A stretch of 63,995 bases of DNA, counting the filler, from Basidiobolus ranarum (lineage: Eukaryota): assembly GCA_040143965.1 (NCBI GenBank). It is 7 parts of 7 records of this genome, joined end to end, with 100 filler letters (N's around TTAATTAATTAA, not from the genome) between each part and the next. Parts side by side here need not be neighbours in the genome. Positions count along the whole stretch, not along the records: positions 36,977 to 46,093 come from JASJQH010000870.1; positions 46,194 to 55,300 come from JASJQH010000871.1; 5 more parts are not named here. One strand, written 5' to 3'. The notes beneath the pieces were generated by a model. It was not told the origin of the DNA, did no database searches, and saw only the letters and a program-made list of their open reading frames with translations. Positions 36,977 to 49,970 of the stretch are shown here, piece after piece. Within the stretch, counting starts at the first letter, position 1, and every line of letters starts with the position of its first letter. Position numbers and translations under genes: made by a program.

Positions 36977-39865
36977 GTGCAATTAGTATACACATTTGAC
37001 GCTTGGCACGATAGAGCAACATACCAAAGATGAGTTCTCTCGTTTCATTTGATTGATTTCAGTCAGTAGCCGCTCAATATGTTGATTCTTTTCATTGATG
37101 GATTTTTCGAGTTGATTTTGTTCGTTGATGGATTTTTCGAGTTGATTTTTCAGTGTGGCATTGGTGCCATTCTTATGTAACAACTCTTGAGCCGTATTTG
37201 AATCATTACGATGGCTACTAGAATTGCTTTGATGACTCGAGACGCTATGATTGCTTAAAGAAGAGCTAGAGTCTCCGTCGTGATCTGTTCCTATACGGGT
37301 TTGCTTCTACTCGTTTTTAGAATAAATCGTAAATATTGAATGAGAAAGAATTGGTTACCTTTATGCTCTTTCGCAAGCCACGGAGTTCTTTTGATGTCTA
37401 ATGCAAACACTTAATACGTTATCTTTTAGACTTTCTTCAACATAGAGACTCACTTGTTCGTATAATGTTCTAAGATTCTCTTTTTCAGTAGTCAAAGTAT
37501 CTATATGGTCTTGGATGGTCTGGAGCTGCTCTTCGAATTGTTTCATCGCAGCAATTAGGTCGGTCCGCTCCCTTACGATATCAATTATACAGTTAGAATC
37601 ATACTCTTATATCCAGAAAGATTTAAAGGAATTACTTTCGAGTGAGGGATAGCTCCTGTGTTGTTTGCTCTAATTCTTGCGTTAACTGTTATTAAAGTGA
37701 TGGAATTATGAGTAAATCCTTCGATAAAGGTACAATGGAGGACTATACTTCGATCTTCTCTCGCTCCAAATTCTCTATCCGAGCCTTGAATTGTTCTTCA
37801 TCTAACGAACAGTCACGATGACTTGAATCATCCGTTTGGATATTCTTATCCTGAAGTGGATTTTTTTCATCGGCTTTATCTAGATTCGACTTTTGCATGC
37901 AAAGATAAACATTATCATTGTTAATATCGTTCTTCCTTGGATTTAGTGAAAAATCATTGGGATTCAGGCACCTTTTTGTTATGTGATCGTAAATCCTTCT
38001 CCAAAGCCATCTTTCTCACCTCCAGGTTATGAACCTTAAGTGTGAGATCTCGAACTTGCTGGTAGATAAAAATAACGATTTAGTGTCACATTCTTAGGGA
38101 TTTTGGTGGAGATGATATGTTACCTTTTCTAAATCTTTTTGCCGAGCCTCCAGTCGACTCAAAGGCCGAGTTGGTTCTTTCTTCTTATTCTCCATAGGCT
38201 TTCCTAGACTAAGAAGGTCATTTTGTAAACTTTCTACCTCTTTTTTGGTCGTTTTAAGCTCAGCGGTCAAGTCCTGTTGACGGGATTTTGACTCTACATT
38301 TCAAAATAATAAATATACACTTGGGCCATTATATCGTCACCTTTCATTCACTCAATACCTTCAAGTTTGGATTCCATAGACATTAACGACTCGGTTGCTC
38401 GAAGCATAGTCTTTTCAACGTCACCAAGATTTGATCCGTGGAAGGCATGGTGGCTCTATTAGTGGATTTATAACATTACTTATAACATCACTGTTAATGT
38501 TGAGACAACCAATTTAACTTACATCTGAGGTATTATTTAGAATTCAAATTTAGAATTCAAATTTAAATTAATCACTATCGAGTCGGTGAGATAATGTACA
38601 AGAATCTTTGGCACTTACCCTTTGATTCTAAACAGCCATCGTCAAGCTGAGTTAAAAGATTCTCAAGCTTAGCTAAACTTTGGAATAGACTTCCAGACCC
38701 ATCTTTCAATTCACTCAGCTGCTTGTCTTCAGCCTCGTTTCCTTCTCTCTCTTGCTTTAGATCCTAAATGACTTGTTATTCAACTGTTCAAAAAATACTT
38801 GGAAATATTTTAATTACATGCTCCAGTTCAAGAATGTGCTCTTGTAAGCATTCAACTTGAAGTTCGAGTTGCTTGATTTTTTCATTCTCCATAACACCCG
38901 ATCTTTCATTACTAGAGTCCGAAAATGAGGCCTCAGCCTTTTCTTTCTCTAAACTACTTCCAAATCTAGTAATTTCTCTCTCGCGGGTTTCTATTTGACT
39001 CCGTAGCCTTAAAATGGTATTTTGAAGTTCTCGGTGGCTATTTTGAATTCGGTTCTTTTCGTCTACGAGTTGTTGTATCCTCCTTTCACTCAGTTGCATT
39101 AAATCTACTATATGAGGGTCGACAGGATTTGGAAGGGGTAATGTTTTGGATTCTGTTACTTCTGTATAATCTGATATTGTCAGAGCTGGATATTCAATAA
39201 AACGAGTCAACATCAGTACTAACCAATCTCCGATGTTAGAGCTATTCTGGCTGGATACATGGTCATACCAACTGCCTTTTTCTCTAAAGTCTATGGTTAG
39301 TGAGAAATCGTCATATTAGATAGCAAAAAGACGTACCTAAAACTCTATTGCGAATCAAGAAATCTTCTAATTTTTTTTGTTCAGCTCGAGTTTTTTCACG
39401 CTCTTCTTGAAGCTTTAGATTATATTGTGTGGTCATAAACCGTATATTTTCCAATTCAATTTCATGCTCCTTCTTGATACGAGATATTTCTCGTTGAGTA
39501 TCCTCATATCTGTCTAATCCAGTTACTAGCTCATTATGAAGTTGGTTGTTTTCTGCAGTAAGTTTGGATACTTCGTTTCGCAAATTTCGGTTCTAAGTTG
39601 GAATACATGGATAGCATGATTAGCTACAGAGATTCTAATGCTTCATTCTTCCCGTAAGGTATATGACATTTCGTACCTGAATTTCGTTCGTGTTATTCTC
39701 GACATCGACTAATTGCTCCTGTAATAATTGACAAGTTTCGGAGATGTGACTCAAATCTGACAAAAGACGGCTCACCAGTGTGGTACTCTCTCTATCAAAG
39801 GGTTCTGTGTAGCCTAGGGTTCTCAGTCTGTCAGCTAATTCTTCGTACGTTTCATTTGTCACCAT
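36977..39865 (-). CDS. CEP135: CEP135/Bld10 centriolar coiled-coil protein homolog, multi-exon, 3' end cut by contig end
   Basis: N-terminus YEELADRLRTLGYTEPF..ES..LVSRLLSDL, then KLTAENNQLHNEL, IRFMTTQYNLKL, DPHIVDLMQLSERRIQQL, QIETREREITR, QLELQVECLQ; colinear with the CEP135/TSGA10 N-terminal blocks as I recall them. Confidence 0.8.
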
Positions 39866-40124
39866 CTTTACTACAGGCAAGACCTGTGTACCAAAAGAGT
39901 CGTATTTCGTGAAATGAACAAATACACTATGTTTACTGATACTCCAACATTGAGTATTGATTGGATTTGAGGGTTATTTTGATTTTATAAAATCGATTTG
40001 GTAGAACGATCCTATTCAACAATTCACGGTTTTGATTATTCAATGTGATTGAAAATTACCTCGAGTTCTGGTTGATTGCTTAAATAAAAGACTTCAATTG
40101 AATGAAGTTCCAGTGGCTAACATC

Positions 40125-42146
40125 ATGTTCACTGAGACTCGCCTCTTTTGCTATTTGTGGGTGTTCAGACTCGTGAATGCATACTTGAATCAGACTTTCT
40201 TCGTACCCGACGAATACTGGCAAACTCTTGAAGTTGCTCATCATTGGGTTTTTGGATATCCTTTTTATTGAGTATCGTTAGAGTATCGTTAAAATCATTT
40301 CACCATTCTCTTAAACCATTTTCCTTAACAGCTATATTACTTATGGTTATTTAACCTGGGAGTGGAAGGAAAAAATACGAAGTTTTGCACATCCGCTCAT
40401 TTTTGCTATCTGTTTTGAGATACTAAAACTATGTCGACTAGACGATACAAAGTGGCTGGTAGGAATAGATTGAGCTAAATATCGAATTTAAACATCAGCA
40501 GTATTAATTATCGTCAACAGATAGTACTTCCCTACATTATTCAAGCGTTCTTTGCCGCTTTATTGGATCTATATACATATAAAACGGCCAACCGAATTTT
40601 TGGAAGCATTACCGCTAAATTCACTGTATCCTTATTATATACAAGAAAAGAAATAGGAGATAGTTTTCACTTTGTTCACTTACCCCAAAAAAGCTTTCTT
40701 AACTTGTTGACTAGCTCTTTTGCTCCATCATTTCATGGTTCAATTTCTTTTGTTCCACGCGTTTACTCGCAAACTCTTTGGAGGCTTCTTTAACTATCAT
40801 GGCATTATACTACTGGCCATTCACAAACCTTATCGCAAATCTGCCTCATGAAGTATGGTTAAAGTAAGCTGATGTTTCCTTTTTTGCATCAATAGTTTGA
40901 CAGAAATTACTAAACATTCAACCATGTTTATAGACAATTATCCAAGGCTCTCTCACTTGCAGTGCTAGCATGTGTACTTCGTCCTACTACCGTCGTCATA
41001 TGGATATTCCTTGGGTTGGTACTTCTCGTTAAGAAAGCAAATTACTTTTTACCAATCATTTATAGAGTCATCACTATTGGGTACGTATTTGTACGTTGAT
41101 ACAAGTCATGAGATTCCTTCAAGTTGATTTCTATTTTACTTAGAGCACTTGGTGTTGCTGGAATGGTTACGATTGACTATGGATTCTATGGAGAATGGAT
41201 ACTGGTTCCATACAATTTTTACGATTTTAATGTCACTCGAAATATCAGTCTATTTTACGGCTCACATCCATGGCATTGGTACCTATCCCAGGGATTACCA
41301 ATCATATCCACTACTTTTATTCCCTTTTGGATCTATGGAGCCATAAAATCAAAGCACCGAGAGCTCTTCTTTGCTGCCATCTGGGTATCCTTTGGCTACA
41401 GTTTACTTGGACACAAAGAGTTTAGATTCATTTATATCATCTTACCCATCTTATTGATGTACTCGGGCCACGGACTTGCTTATTTAGTGACTAACAAATG
41501 GAGAAGCTATAAAGTTCACTTGCTTCTATTCTTGGTCTTAACTAATGTACCAATGGCCATATATATGTCACAAGTACATCAGCGTGGAGTGGTGGATGTT
41601 ATGGATTATCTCAAGCAAGAGGCACATCGTACTGATTCAAATGGCCAGTCACCATTAAAAGATATTGGTTTCTTGATGCCCTGTCATTCTACACCTTACT
41701 ACGCTCATCTGCATAAGAATATCAACATGTGGTTCATTACCTGTCAGCCACCGCTTAAGTAAGATTCCCATCTATCAATATATGCTTACATCGATCCCTA
41801 TATGCTTATATGCATGTTTCAATTATGTAGTCTTACCTCAGCCAACGATTACAAAGATGAAAGCGACGTATTTTATGAAGACCCGTTAGGATTCTTGAAT
41901 ACCAACTTCGAACCTAATGGCTCAAGAAAATGGCCATCTCATTTGGTCCTCTTCGAGGCCCTGGTCGAGCAGATTCGTCCGAAACTTGCAGCACATGGAT
42001 ATCACGAGGTAGTTCATCTTTAATTTTTTTATCGGCATATCAACCCATTCAATAACTTTACTTTGGCTTAGTGTGCACGTATCTTTAATTCCCACTTCCA
42101 TGATGATTCTCGTAGAAATGGTGCTGTCCTAGTGTATTGTATGTAG
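40125..42146 (+). CDS. GPI10: GPI mannosyltransferase 3 (PIG-B/Gpi10), multi-exon
   Basis: [81 protein letters not shown]. Confidence 0.95.
40256..40340 (+). other. U12-type AT-AC intron
   Basis: 5'ss ATATCCTTT, branch point TTCCTTAAC (40321-40329), 3' AC; removal restores [11 protein letters not shown] in frame. Confidence 0.93.
40626..40714 (+). other. U12-type GT-AG intron
   Basis: 5'ss GTATCCTT, branch point TTTCTTAAC (40695-40703), 3' TAG; removal joins [13 protein letters not shown]. Confidence 0.8.
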
Positions 42147-42262
42147 GAAGAGGAAGTGGAGGATTACAAGTATGAGAACAATCATGTATTTATTTTTCAT
42201 TCAAAAACTCTTCTCTAGATCGATAAACCAAAGATTTTAGGTTTAGTGTTTCTTCCCTTTGT

Positions 42263-42702
42263 TCATCGATCTAAACACAAAGATGGATCATCTTGATTGA
42301 ATTCATCTCTAGATTTATTACCTTTGTACAGTGGACTGACATAAGAGAGTAACGTGTTCATGGTGTCATACGTTCTTCCTACTAAACACTGAAGATCATT
42401 CTCCACTGTCTGTACCTCTGCCTCAGGCATTATTACTTCAATGATCTTGTCACAAAAACTTAGAACTAGTTCATATAAATTTCTCATACAACGACTCTGC
42501 TTACCTTTAACCCGACATAATTAATCTCGATTGTTAACTTTATCCCTTCCAGAGTACGCAATGTAATCTTTGAGATACGAGTAATGGATGTCGGCTCGAG
42601 GTATCCATTTAGTTGTAGAATCTCTAAACTTTCCAAATCAATGAAATTTTGGATTTGTCTGATAGTAACTAATACACGGTCGCTGTAAGCTCCTACTTTC
42701 AT
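42263..42702 (-). CDS. GSKIP/DUF727-domain protein, 2 exons
   Basis: ITLRTLEGIKLTIEINYVGLK ... YDTMNTLLSYVSPLY resembles DUF727; start codon uncertain. Confidence 0.55.
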
Positions 42703-43275
42703 CGAGTACTTTAGTGTGGGAAGGGAGTCTAGTGTTTATTTGCTAAAATTCATAAAAAGATGCTCATTTTATCTTTATCTCAATATCGAATCAAAGAATG
42801 ATGTACTGTAGTGCTTGATGACAATGACAATGACAGTCACAGCTTTCCTTTGGCTCAACTTTTACCGAGTACAACTGTACTCGTGATGATTGGCTAGGGA
42901 AAATGTTGGAGGAGTCAGGGTTAGGTTGGTACCAAGATCAGTTGACCTTTTTGTTTGCACCAATAAGCATCTTGTATTCTCATATATTAGATGAGTGGTA
43001 ATCTGATCTGTAATTGAAATTGAGGAAAGACGGTCACATTGTGACATGAGAACTGTACTCATGCACAGTGTCTACCAAGAATCAGCATTTTTTGTTGATT
43101 ATCAACACTGAGTTTCAATTACCAAATATGTGAAATTATCGTCAAAATAAGGGTAACCATACTTAATAACTTATTATCTCCTATTCTCAATATTATTAGA
43201 AGCGAGGCTTCTTTCACACTTTTACTTCTGGGTAGTAAAACTCGCTCGTATATTGATATCTTAACGCTGATTAGT

Positions 43276-44418
43276 ATGAAGCCGCTTTTTTCAAAGCCAG
43301 AAGTTCCCTTTCACCGTAACCAGACCATCCCACTATACTTTCGTAAGATGTTTGGCACTTACCGAGGTATATTCCCAAGGATCCCTTCAATAAGAGTCCT
43401 TCTTTGGTCGCTTATTGCCTCTTTTAGTGGAATCAGCTTGGTTGCCGCACTCTCTTATAATGTAGAACCCTTTGTTTCCAAACATCTTCCAACTATTATC
43501 GGATCTTTCGTAAGGAATTTCTTTTCGTGCTTTAGATTGTACACTTCTAGAACCTCACGGTTAAACCAGAGTACTAACTTGCTAACTACTTTGATTATTG
43601 TTAGGGCGCTTCTGCAGTTCTTATTTATGGTGCCGTCGATTCACCCTTGGCTCAACCTAGAAATTTCCGTAAGTTAATCATCTAAAATCAAATAATATCT
43701 GATCTTATAACTAAATCTGAATTCGATAGTTGGTGGACATATAATATCCGCTTTCGTAGGAGTTTCCATTGGAAAAATATGGCTATCTCTATTCAATCAA
43801 CCTGAAGATTTCATATGGCTACAAGCTGCTTTAGCTGTATCCATTTCCATCGTACTCATGCAGATCACTAGAACAGTTCATCCTCCAGGTGGAGCAACCG
43901 CACTGATTGCGGTCTCTAGTGGTCCAAATATATTAAATCTAGGTTACTTGTACATGGCTATACCAGTCTTGTTTGGTACGATTTTGATGCTGGGCGTAGC
44001 ATTGATCATTAATAATATTCAAAGACAGTATCCAATGTATTGGCGTTATCCTCGTAAGCCAGACATCATCATGGAGGGTGACAACGGCTCCACTTGCGGT
44101 AAAGACTCTCATCTCCCACATAGTGTGAATCGTGGTGAAATGTATGAGCCAAGGCATTCAGATGCTAAAGAGCATATAAGCTATGATGATGATCTATCTA
44201 AGCCGGAACTTAAGGAAGCAAAAAATGACAACACACTGAGCCCAGATATAGTGGTACATGTAGAAAAGGAATTGCAAAATGAGAATCTGGAAGCGAACTC
44301 CCAGATTCAATACAGCGAATTAGCAGAAACGTATCGTAAAAAATATGAAGAAGCTCAGGTTTACCTAAAGAAGTTGGAAAAAGAACTTGAAGCACTTCGC
44401 CTATCACAAGCACAATAA
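43276..44418 (+). CDS. HPP-family integral membrane protein, multi-exon
   Basis: GSFGASAVLIYG...SPLAQPRN...GGH and TVHPPGGATAL. Confidence 0.9.
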
Positions 44419-44575
44419 TCACCTGCTTCTAATCTAAATAATATATATACCCTTTCTATGAATATCTAACAAACATTATAATAGTGAACCAAGGGAATAG
44501 TCAAGTTATTTAATTGAAATTCATGTCTGAGATGTATGTGAAATATGCACTTTGTCGAGATGGCACAGAAGGATC

Positions 44576-45431
44576 TTAAATGCCATGTTTGTGCTTAACT
44601 TCAAAGAGACGTCTCAAGTAAAGAATTTGGAAGATGCAAACGATAACCAATAGTCCTGATTGAATAATGGACCACCATTTGGCACGGTTATTCGTACTTT
44701 CTGCCGCTAATGATATTTAGAATTAGTCCGTTAGTTATTTGAGCGAGTAAAATAAAGTGCAAACTAAAGAACTACTAACTATTACGATGGGTAGCTTCAC
44801 GACTCTTCATATACAATTGTTGGTCTTTGATAAAATTCACTCCTTGAATTAATCTATTTAGCTCTTCTTCCAATGGAGCCAACGCTAAATGAACAACATC
44901 GGGATAGGAAATGCCGAAGTCTTTTGGAATTAATCGAATTGAATTCTTTCCTCTGAAAACTACATACAGCTTTATCACATACCTCCTTCTGAAGACAAGT
45001 CCGCTCCCATTAGCTTTTCTATTTTCGTGATATCATGCACATTCCACATTACTCTTTTATTTGAAAGATAAACGTCATCGTTTGTAAAGCAATATTCATA
45101 ATGCCCAGCCTCCGTGGCCTCAACACCATACTCGCCTTCTGTTTTTCTGTCTGCTTGATAAATGACTTGTGATTGAGGGTTCTTTACCTGCAATTTCGTA
45201 GAATTAGTGAGTGTAAGCATCAAAAATTTATCTAGTAATTTTTATTACTTTAAAATTGACACTCTGTTCTGGTCCATCCACCTCGTACGATACGGCTAAT
45301 CTATCACCAACATTTAGTAATTCATAATAGCATTCGGTAGTTTGGGATGGAAGTGTAACAGTGAAAGAGTATAGACTAGATATAAAAGTACTAAAAATGA
45401 ATAGTAATGTTATGTTGTGTGGTGTTCTCAT
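44576..45431 (-). CDS. p24/emp24/gp25L GOLD-domain cargo receptor, multi-exon
   Basis: Signal peptide; ECYYE; GHYEYCFTN; REATHRN..ESTNNRAKWWS; C-terminal TM followed by YLRRLFEVK. Confidence 0.88.
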
Positions 45432-45709
45432 CTTTCACTTTTCGAGACGTGTAGTTAAAGACGTGTTGAGGTTAATATCACAGGAATTGATTGAATATTT
45501 TGACAAATAATGCACCTCAAATAATTGATACAATGTTTTAATCTAAAATGATAGGAATTTAACAAATCAATTAGACATTTCATAAAATAAATGGGATGCT
45601 CGCAAAAAATTAAAGATAACATCAGACACATGGTAAAAGAAACTTACCACACAGGATTGTATGCTTTTTGAGTTGATCGACTACTGCTAGCTGATGAGAT
45701 AGATACCCT

Positions 45710-45830
45710 TCCTTCTGTACCATTTCTTTTATACCCCTTCTTTTATACCATTTCTTTTTTCCCTTTCTTTTATACCATTATTTTGATACCATTTCTTTTA
45801 TACCATTATTTTTATACCCTTTCTTTATAC
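45710..45830. repeat. degenerate array of TTTTATACC(A/C)TT units
   Basis: About 8 ATACC-cored pyrimidine-rich units near the contig end. Confidence 0.75.
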
Positions 45831-46093
45831 CCGGTGGAGAGAGGTTCCTTCAGTCTGCAAAAACGTTCTGGTCTTTCCCCATTTGAGTGCAAGTTAAAAG
45901 GGATATGTCTCAAGTTTAAAGTAGTAGCTAGGTCACGATTCCAAAGACGAAGGGGTGACTCTTCAGTAGTTACCTTAGTAGTATTGGTCACGACCTTTAA
46001 ACACTGTTGGTTTTTGCACCTGAGCAGATATTAGGTTTGAATTTTTTACTTGCATGTGAGAAGCGTTTACCTTGAAAGGCCATTATGATATAT

Positions 46094-46193
46094 NNNNNNN
46101 NNNNNNNNNNNNNNNNNNNNNNNNNNNNNNNNNNNNNTTAATTAATTAANNNNNNNNNNNNNNNNNNNNNNNNNNNNNNNNNNNNNNNNNNNN
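46094..46193. other. artificial contig linker
   Basis: N44-TTAATTAATTAA-N44. Confidence 0.99.
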
Positions 46194-46243
46194 AAGGGTA
46201 AGGGTATTTATACATGAATAATGTATACAACAGCTGATAACTA

Positions 46244-49200
46244 CTAAGATTTTCTGGTGATACGTGCGGAGAAATTTTTACGTCGATATTGTGTAGTGAA
46301 ATCGGTGAGTAAACGACGTAACCGTCTCCAATGTTGTTCACGAACCGCACTAAAGAAAAGATAATTTAGATATTGTTCGGTATATTATAGTAATAATATA
46401 TGTTAAAGTAAATATAGGATAAAATTGATTGCTTACATATCATACTCAACGAAGAAAGCTTCACGTTCTTGTGAGCTCAAATGCTCATTAGGTAATTGAT
46501 TGATAACAAACCCAACCCATTGACGACTTTCATTAGGGAATACTTCGGCCATAAAGCCTAGTATGGTTCCAACATCACTCACTAAGTCAAGAGGGAAGGT
46601 ATGAATAAGCCCATTAATGAGAAGTCCAATGAAATTCCCTCCATTCTCTTCTAGAGTTCTAGAAATGGGAGCCACTAGAGCAGAGTCTGATTTATGACGT
46701 GCAATGATGGTAAAGAGCTGTGTATAAAATTGTAGAATTGCACTTAGTGCCCGATGATGCTCCAAAGTGAAACCCGCCATACCACATTGAAACACAGGTG
46801 TAAGAAGTGCTGATTGAACAAATGTGGTATACATCTCCTCGATGAAGATGGAAATCATTTGGAAATAATCTTCAACCACTATAAGATTAAGGAATATGTG
46901 TTAACACAAAACCTAATGTAATGGAAAATATCGTCAAGTTTAGAAGCATTACTGACCATCTGGAATCTCCTGAAACCCTTTTTCTTTCACAATTCTGAAC
47001 ATGGAGGAGCTTAGCTTCTCCACAACTGCGAGCAAAGGAATTCCATCTCGTTGTGCTTGTCCAGAATATTGATCGATCGTCTTTTTAGCTACCCATAGAT
47101 AACATCCAAGGCCGGTTCGATCAAAAGTCTCAACCAATCGCTCCAAGAAACTTGGAAGCAGAGGCAAGAACTCTTTACGATAATAAACTACACAACATTT
47201 CAGGTATTTCGAGATGTTTTCTGCCAAGTGGATATTCCCGCCAAAATTGATCAAGAGGTTGTCACATACAGGCCATAGTTCATTAATCAATTGGATCAAT
47301 GGGTTAGCCTCAGATGTGTTGGAAGGAGTTACATACTGGAAGAAAGTGGCGATTTGATCCACAAGATCTATTGACATCAAAGAAATATGGGTAAATATAT
47401 ACAAACAATCATCTACGAAGAAAGCCATTTTCTCTACCTCCAGCTCGACGAATTTCTCCCTCAGAAACGCTTTGTCCCTTACTCGCAATTTCATGTAAAG
47501 CTTGCGCAATGGGAAGACAGAAGTTTTGTAATGTAACTAAGATCTTTTCAATTGGAACGGCAGATATAACATGAGCCAGCGCTTCAGTAATCTCGATCAT
47601 ATCACCTTGGCTTAATGTTTTTGATGCAGACATGTAAAATGGATGCAACTGATTCAGGTAATCTACCAAAAGCTAAGATAATGTCAATATTAAATTCGCC
47701 CTAAAAGTGATATTTACATAAACGAACCAACCATATTGCAGTCTTTACAAAGATATTTCAAAGCCATAGCCGATGCAGCAACAACTTCAGGGTCATCAAA
47801 TCCAGCGGAAATATAGTCTAATTGGAACGGAATGAACTCGGGGTGTTTTGCGGTCCAGAAAGTATACCGGGCAATCACCAGGGTGGCAGCATAGCGAATT
47901 TTAGAGTGTTGAGGAAGGCTAGGCAAAATTTTCATGATTTCTGGTACGATTACATTTTCAGAACTATCGATTTCAGCACCCATCGAACGAAGTGACATTA
48001 ACGGGGCTTCAATTGCCTGCCAATTGCTCTGGTCAAACGATGGGTCTGAGATACATTTAGCAAGTATACTATATGGGCGAGAAAGTGTTTCCTGAGATCC
48101 TAGAACATAGCAGCAGTCCTTTAAAACATCGCCCATTTCATGTCGGAAATTACGAAAATCATCACGCTGTTCAGCCGTCCAAGAATTTAAATCACGAGGA
48201 TAATGGAGGTGCTTGATAATAATATCGATAAGAGACCGATAGATATCGAAAAACTGGGGCTTAACTTGAGCGTATTTCTGATCGCTCAACTGATTAGCCA
48301 AAGAAAACCAAAAGTTAAACGTCATGGGAACAATGTCTAAGCCAGGAAATGCAACACATTCAACAATTCCTTCGATGATTCCTTTGAATGCTTCAAAATT
48401 CTCAATCACCAAAGAAAGATAGGCCTCTCCCGCTTCAGTAAAAATGCGACAAAATGCTTTGTATGCGTCTCCATCGTCAGGATCTATGCGCTTCATCATC
48501 TCACGAAGAGGTGTTAACTTGGGATAGATCTTCTCAATTAAAGGCATGGACTCCTCGATATCTCTAGTTTGATCGATAATCTCACAAACAACATCAACTG
48601 CAACATCAAAAAGATCTTCGGAGTTTAACGCCTCAAATGATAAGTCCAGTAATGGGTTGCCATTGAGTGCCATGATGGGGATATTTCTAGTTTTGAGCCA
48701 GCTGTGGAGACACTTGAACAGTTTAATCTGAACATCCACATTATTTCCTGAATTCAAGTTAGAGCGAATGTCAGTCTTGAAATAGTCCAAATTGAAGGTG
48801 ATAAAGATGCTAAGTTGCCGATGATTAACTAACCGGAGCTTTGTATGTAAACAACTAAAAGTTGAAGAACCTCATTAGAATTGGCGGTCAGAAGCTCCTT
48901 GGAACGTCTTTTGTATTCTTCGTCCTATTAAAAATCATATCATGAGTGGTCAACTCAGAAAGTGCATTGCTTGAAAGCAGTCATACCGATATAGGGACTT
49001 TACGGTCACCGCTTATCTCTTCGGGAAGTACACTAAGAAACTCCAAAAGACAACTAGCTGTCTCAGGGTTAGAGGCATATAGTTGAATCAACTGTTTTAC
49101 GGGATTTTCCCAGTTACTAGTCTGCAAAGCTAAATTAGCAATGGACAGACAGAGTTGAGTGACAATAATGTTGGGGCCAGCTCGAAACTGGTGAAGTAGA

Positions 49201-49588
49201 TTCAATAAAGAATCTCGAAGAGAGTTTCTTGCTTGTGTATCTAGTTCTTTGAGGTCGTAGGTAATCTTAAATAAAGCGCTGATTAATTGAAAAAGAATAA
49301 CAAATCAGGAGAACCATCCACGAACATACTTTGGCCCTGAAAGTCTGAGCCGCAAAAAGACGAGCCTCGAGTCCGACATTATCGTGTCTAATCAGTACAT
49401 CGGCTGTAGTCCAGGCCTCTGTCTACGAAAAACATTTAGCTATGGCTAACTAGAGCAAAGAAAAGGGTTCTTACTGTTTTTTGAAAGTCCTCTAACCATA
49501 TATTTGCCTCTTCTTTGGTTGAGCTGTCAGTATTTCCATAAAGCGCCGAAAGGGCTTGGAGTACTCTATCAATAGCCTCAGTAGACAT
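46244..49588 (-). CDS. MTR10: transportin-SR / Mtr10 importin-beta family, multi-exon
   Basis: ANIWLEDFQK, FAAQTFRAKITYDL, LLEFLSVLPEE, FRNFRHEMGDVLKDCC, EAPLMSLRSMG, IPDVVEDYF; ATG at 49588. Confidence 0.92.
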
Positions 49589-49970
49589 AACGCAACTATG
49601 ACTTGAACAAACGTTAATTTGAATGTATTCGAGTTATATTATGGTTTTATCTTTGTGATTACTACTAAACTATATGCCAATAATATCAGATAGGTATTAT
49701 GATAAATATTGGTCAATTTTTTTTACTTGCCCAACATAGGAATATTGCTTTTTATGCATAATCTAAAATGACCACGCATCTAACCCGAGTGTATGTACGC
49801 AAAACCATCTTCAGCCCAAGAAATATTTAAGAATAATACGATCAATATTTGTGAATGATTGGATGGTAATTGAGTCAAATGTCGAAGCTGATTAAGGAAA
49901 TTCACAATTCATGAAGCTGAAAATTTCTGTTCCTATAATTGTTCGTTAAGCTTTCGGTGTAGAAAGAGAA

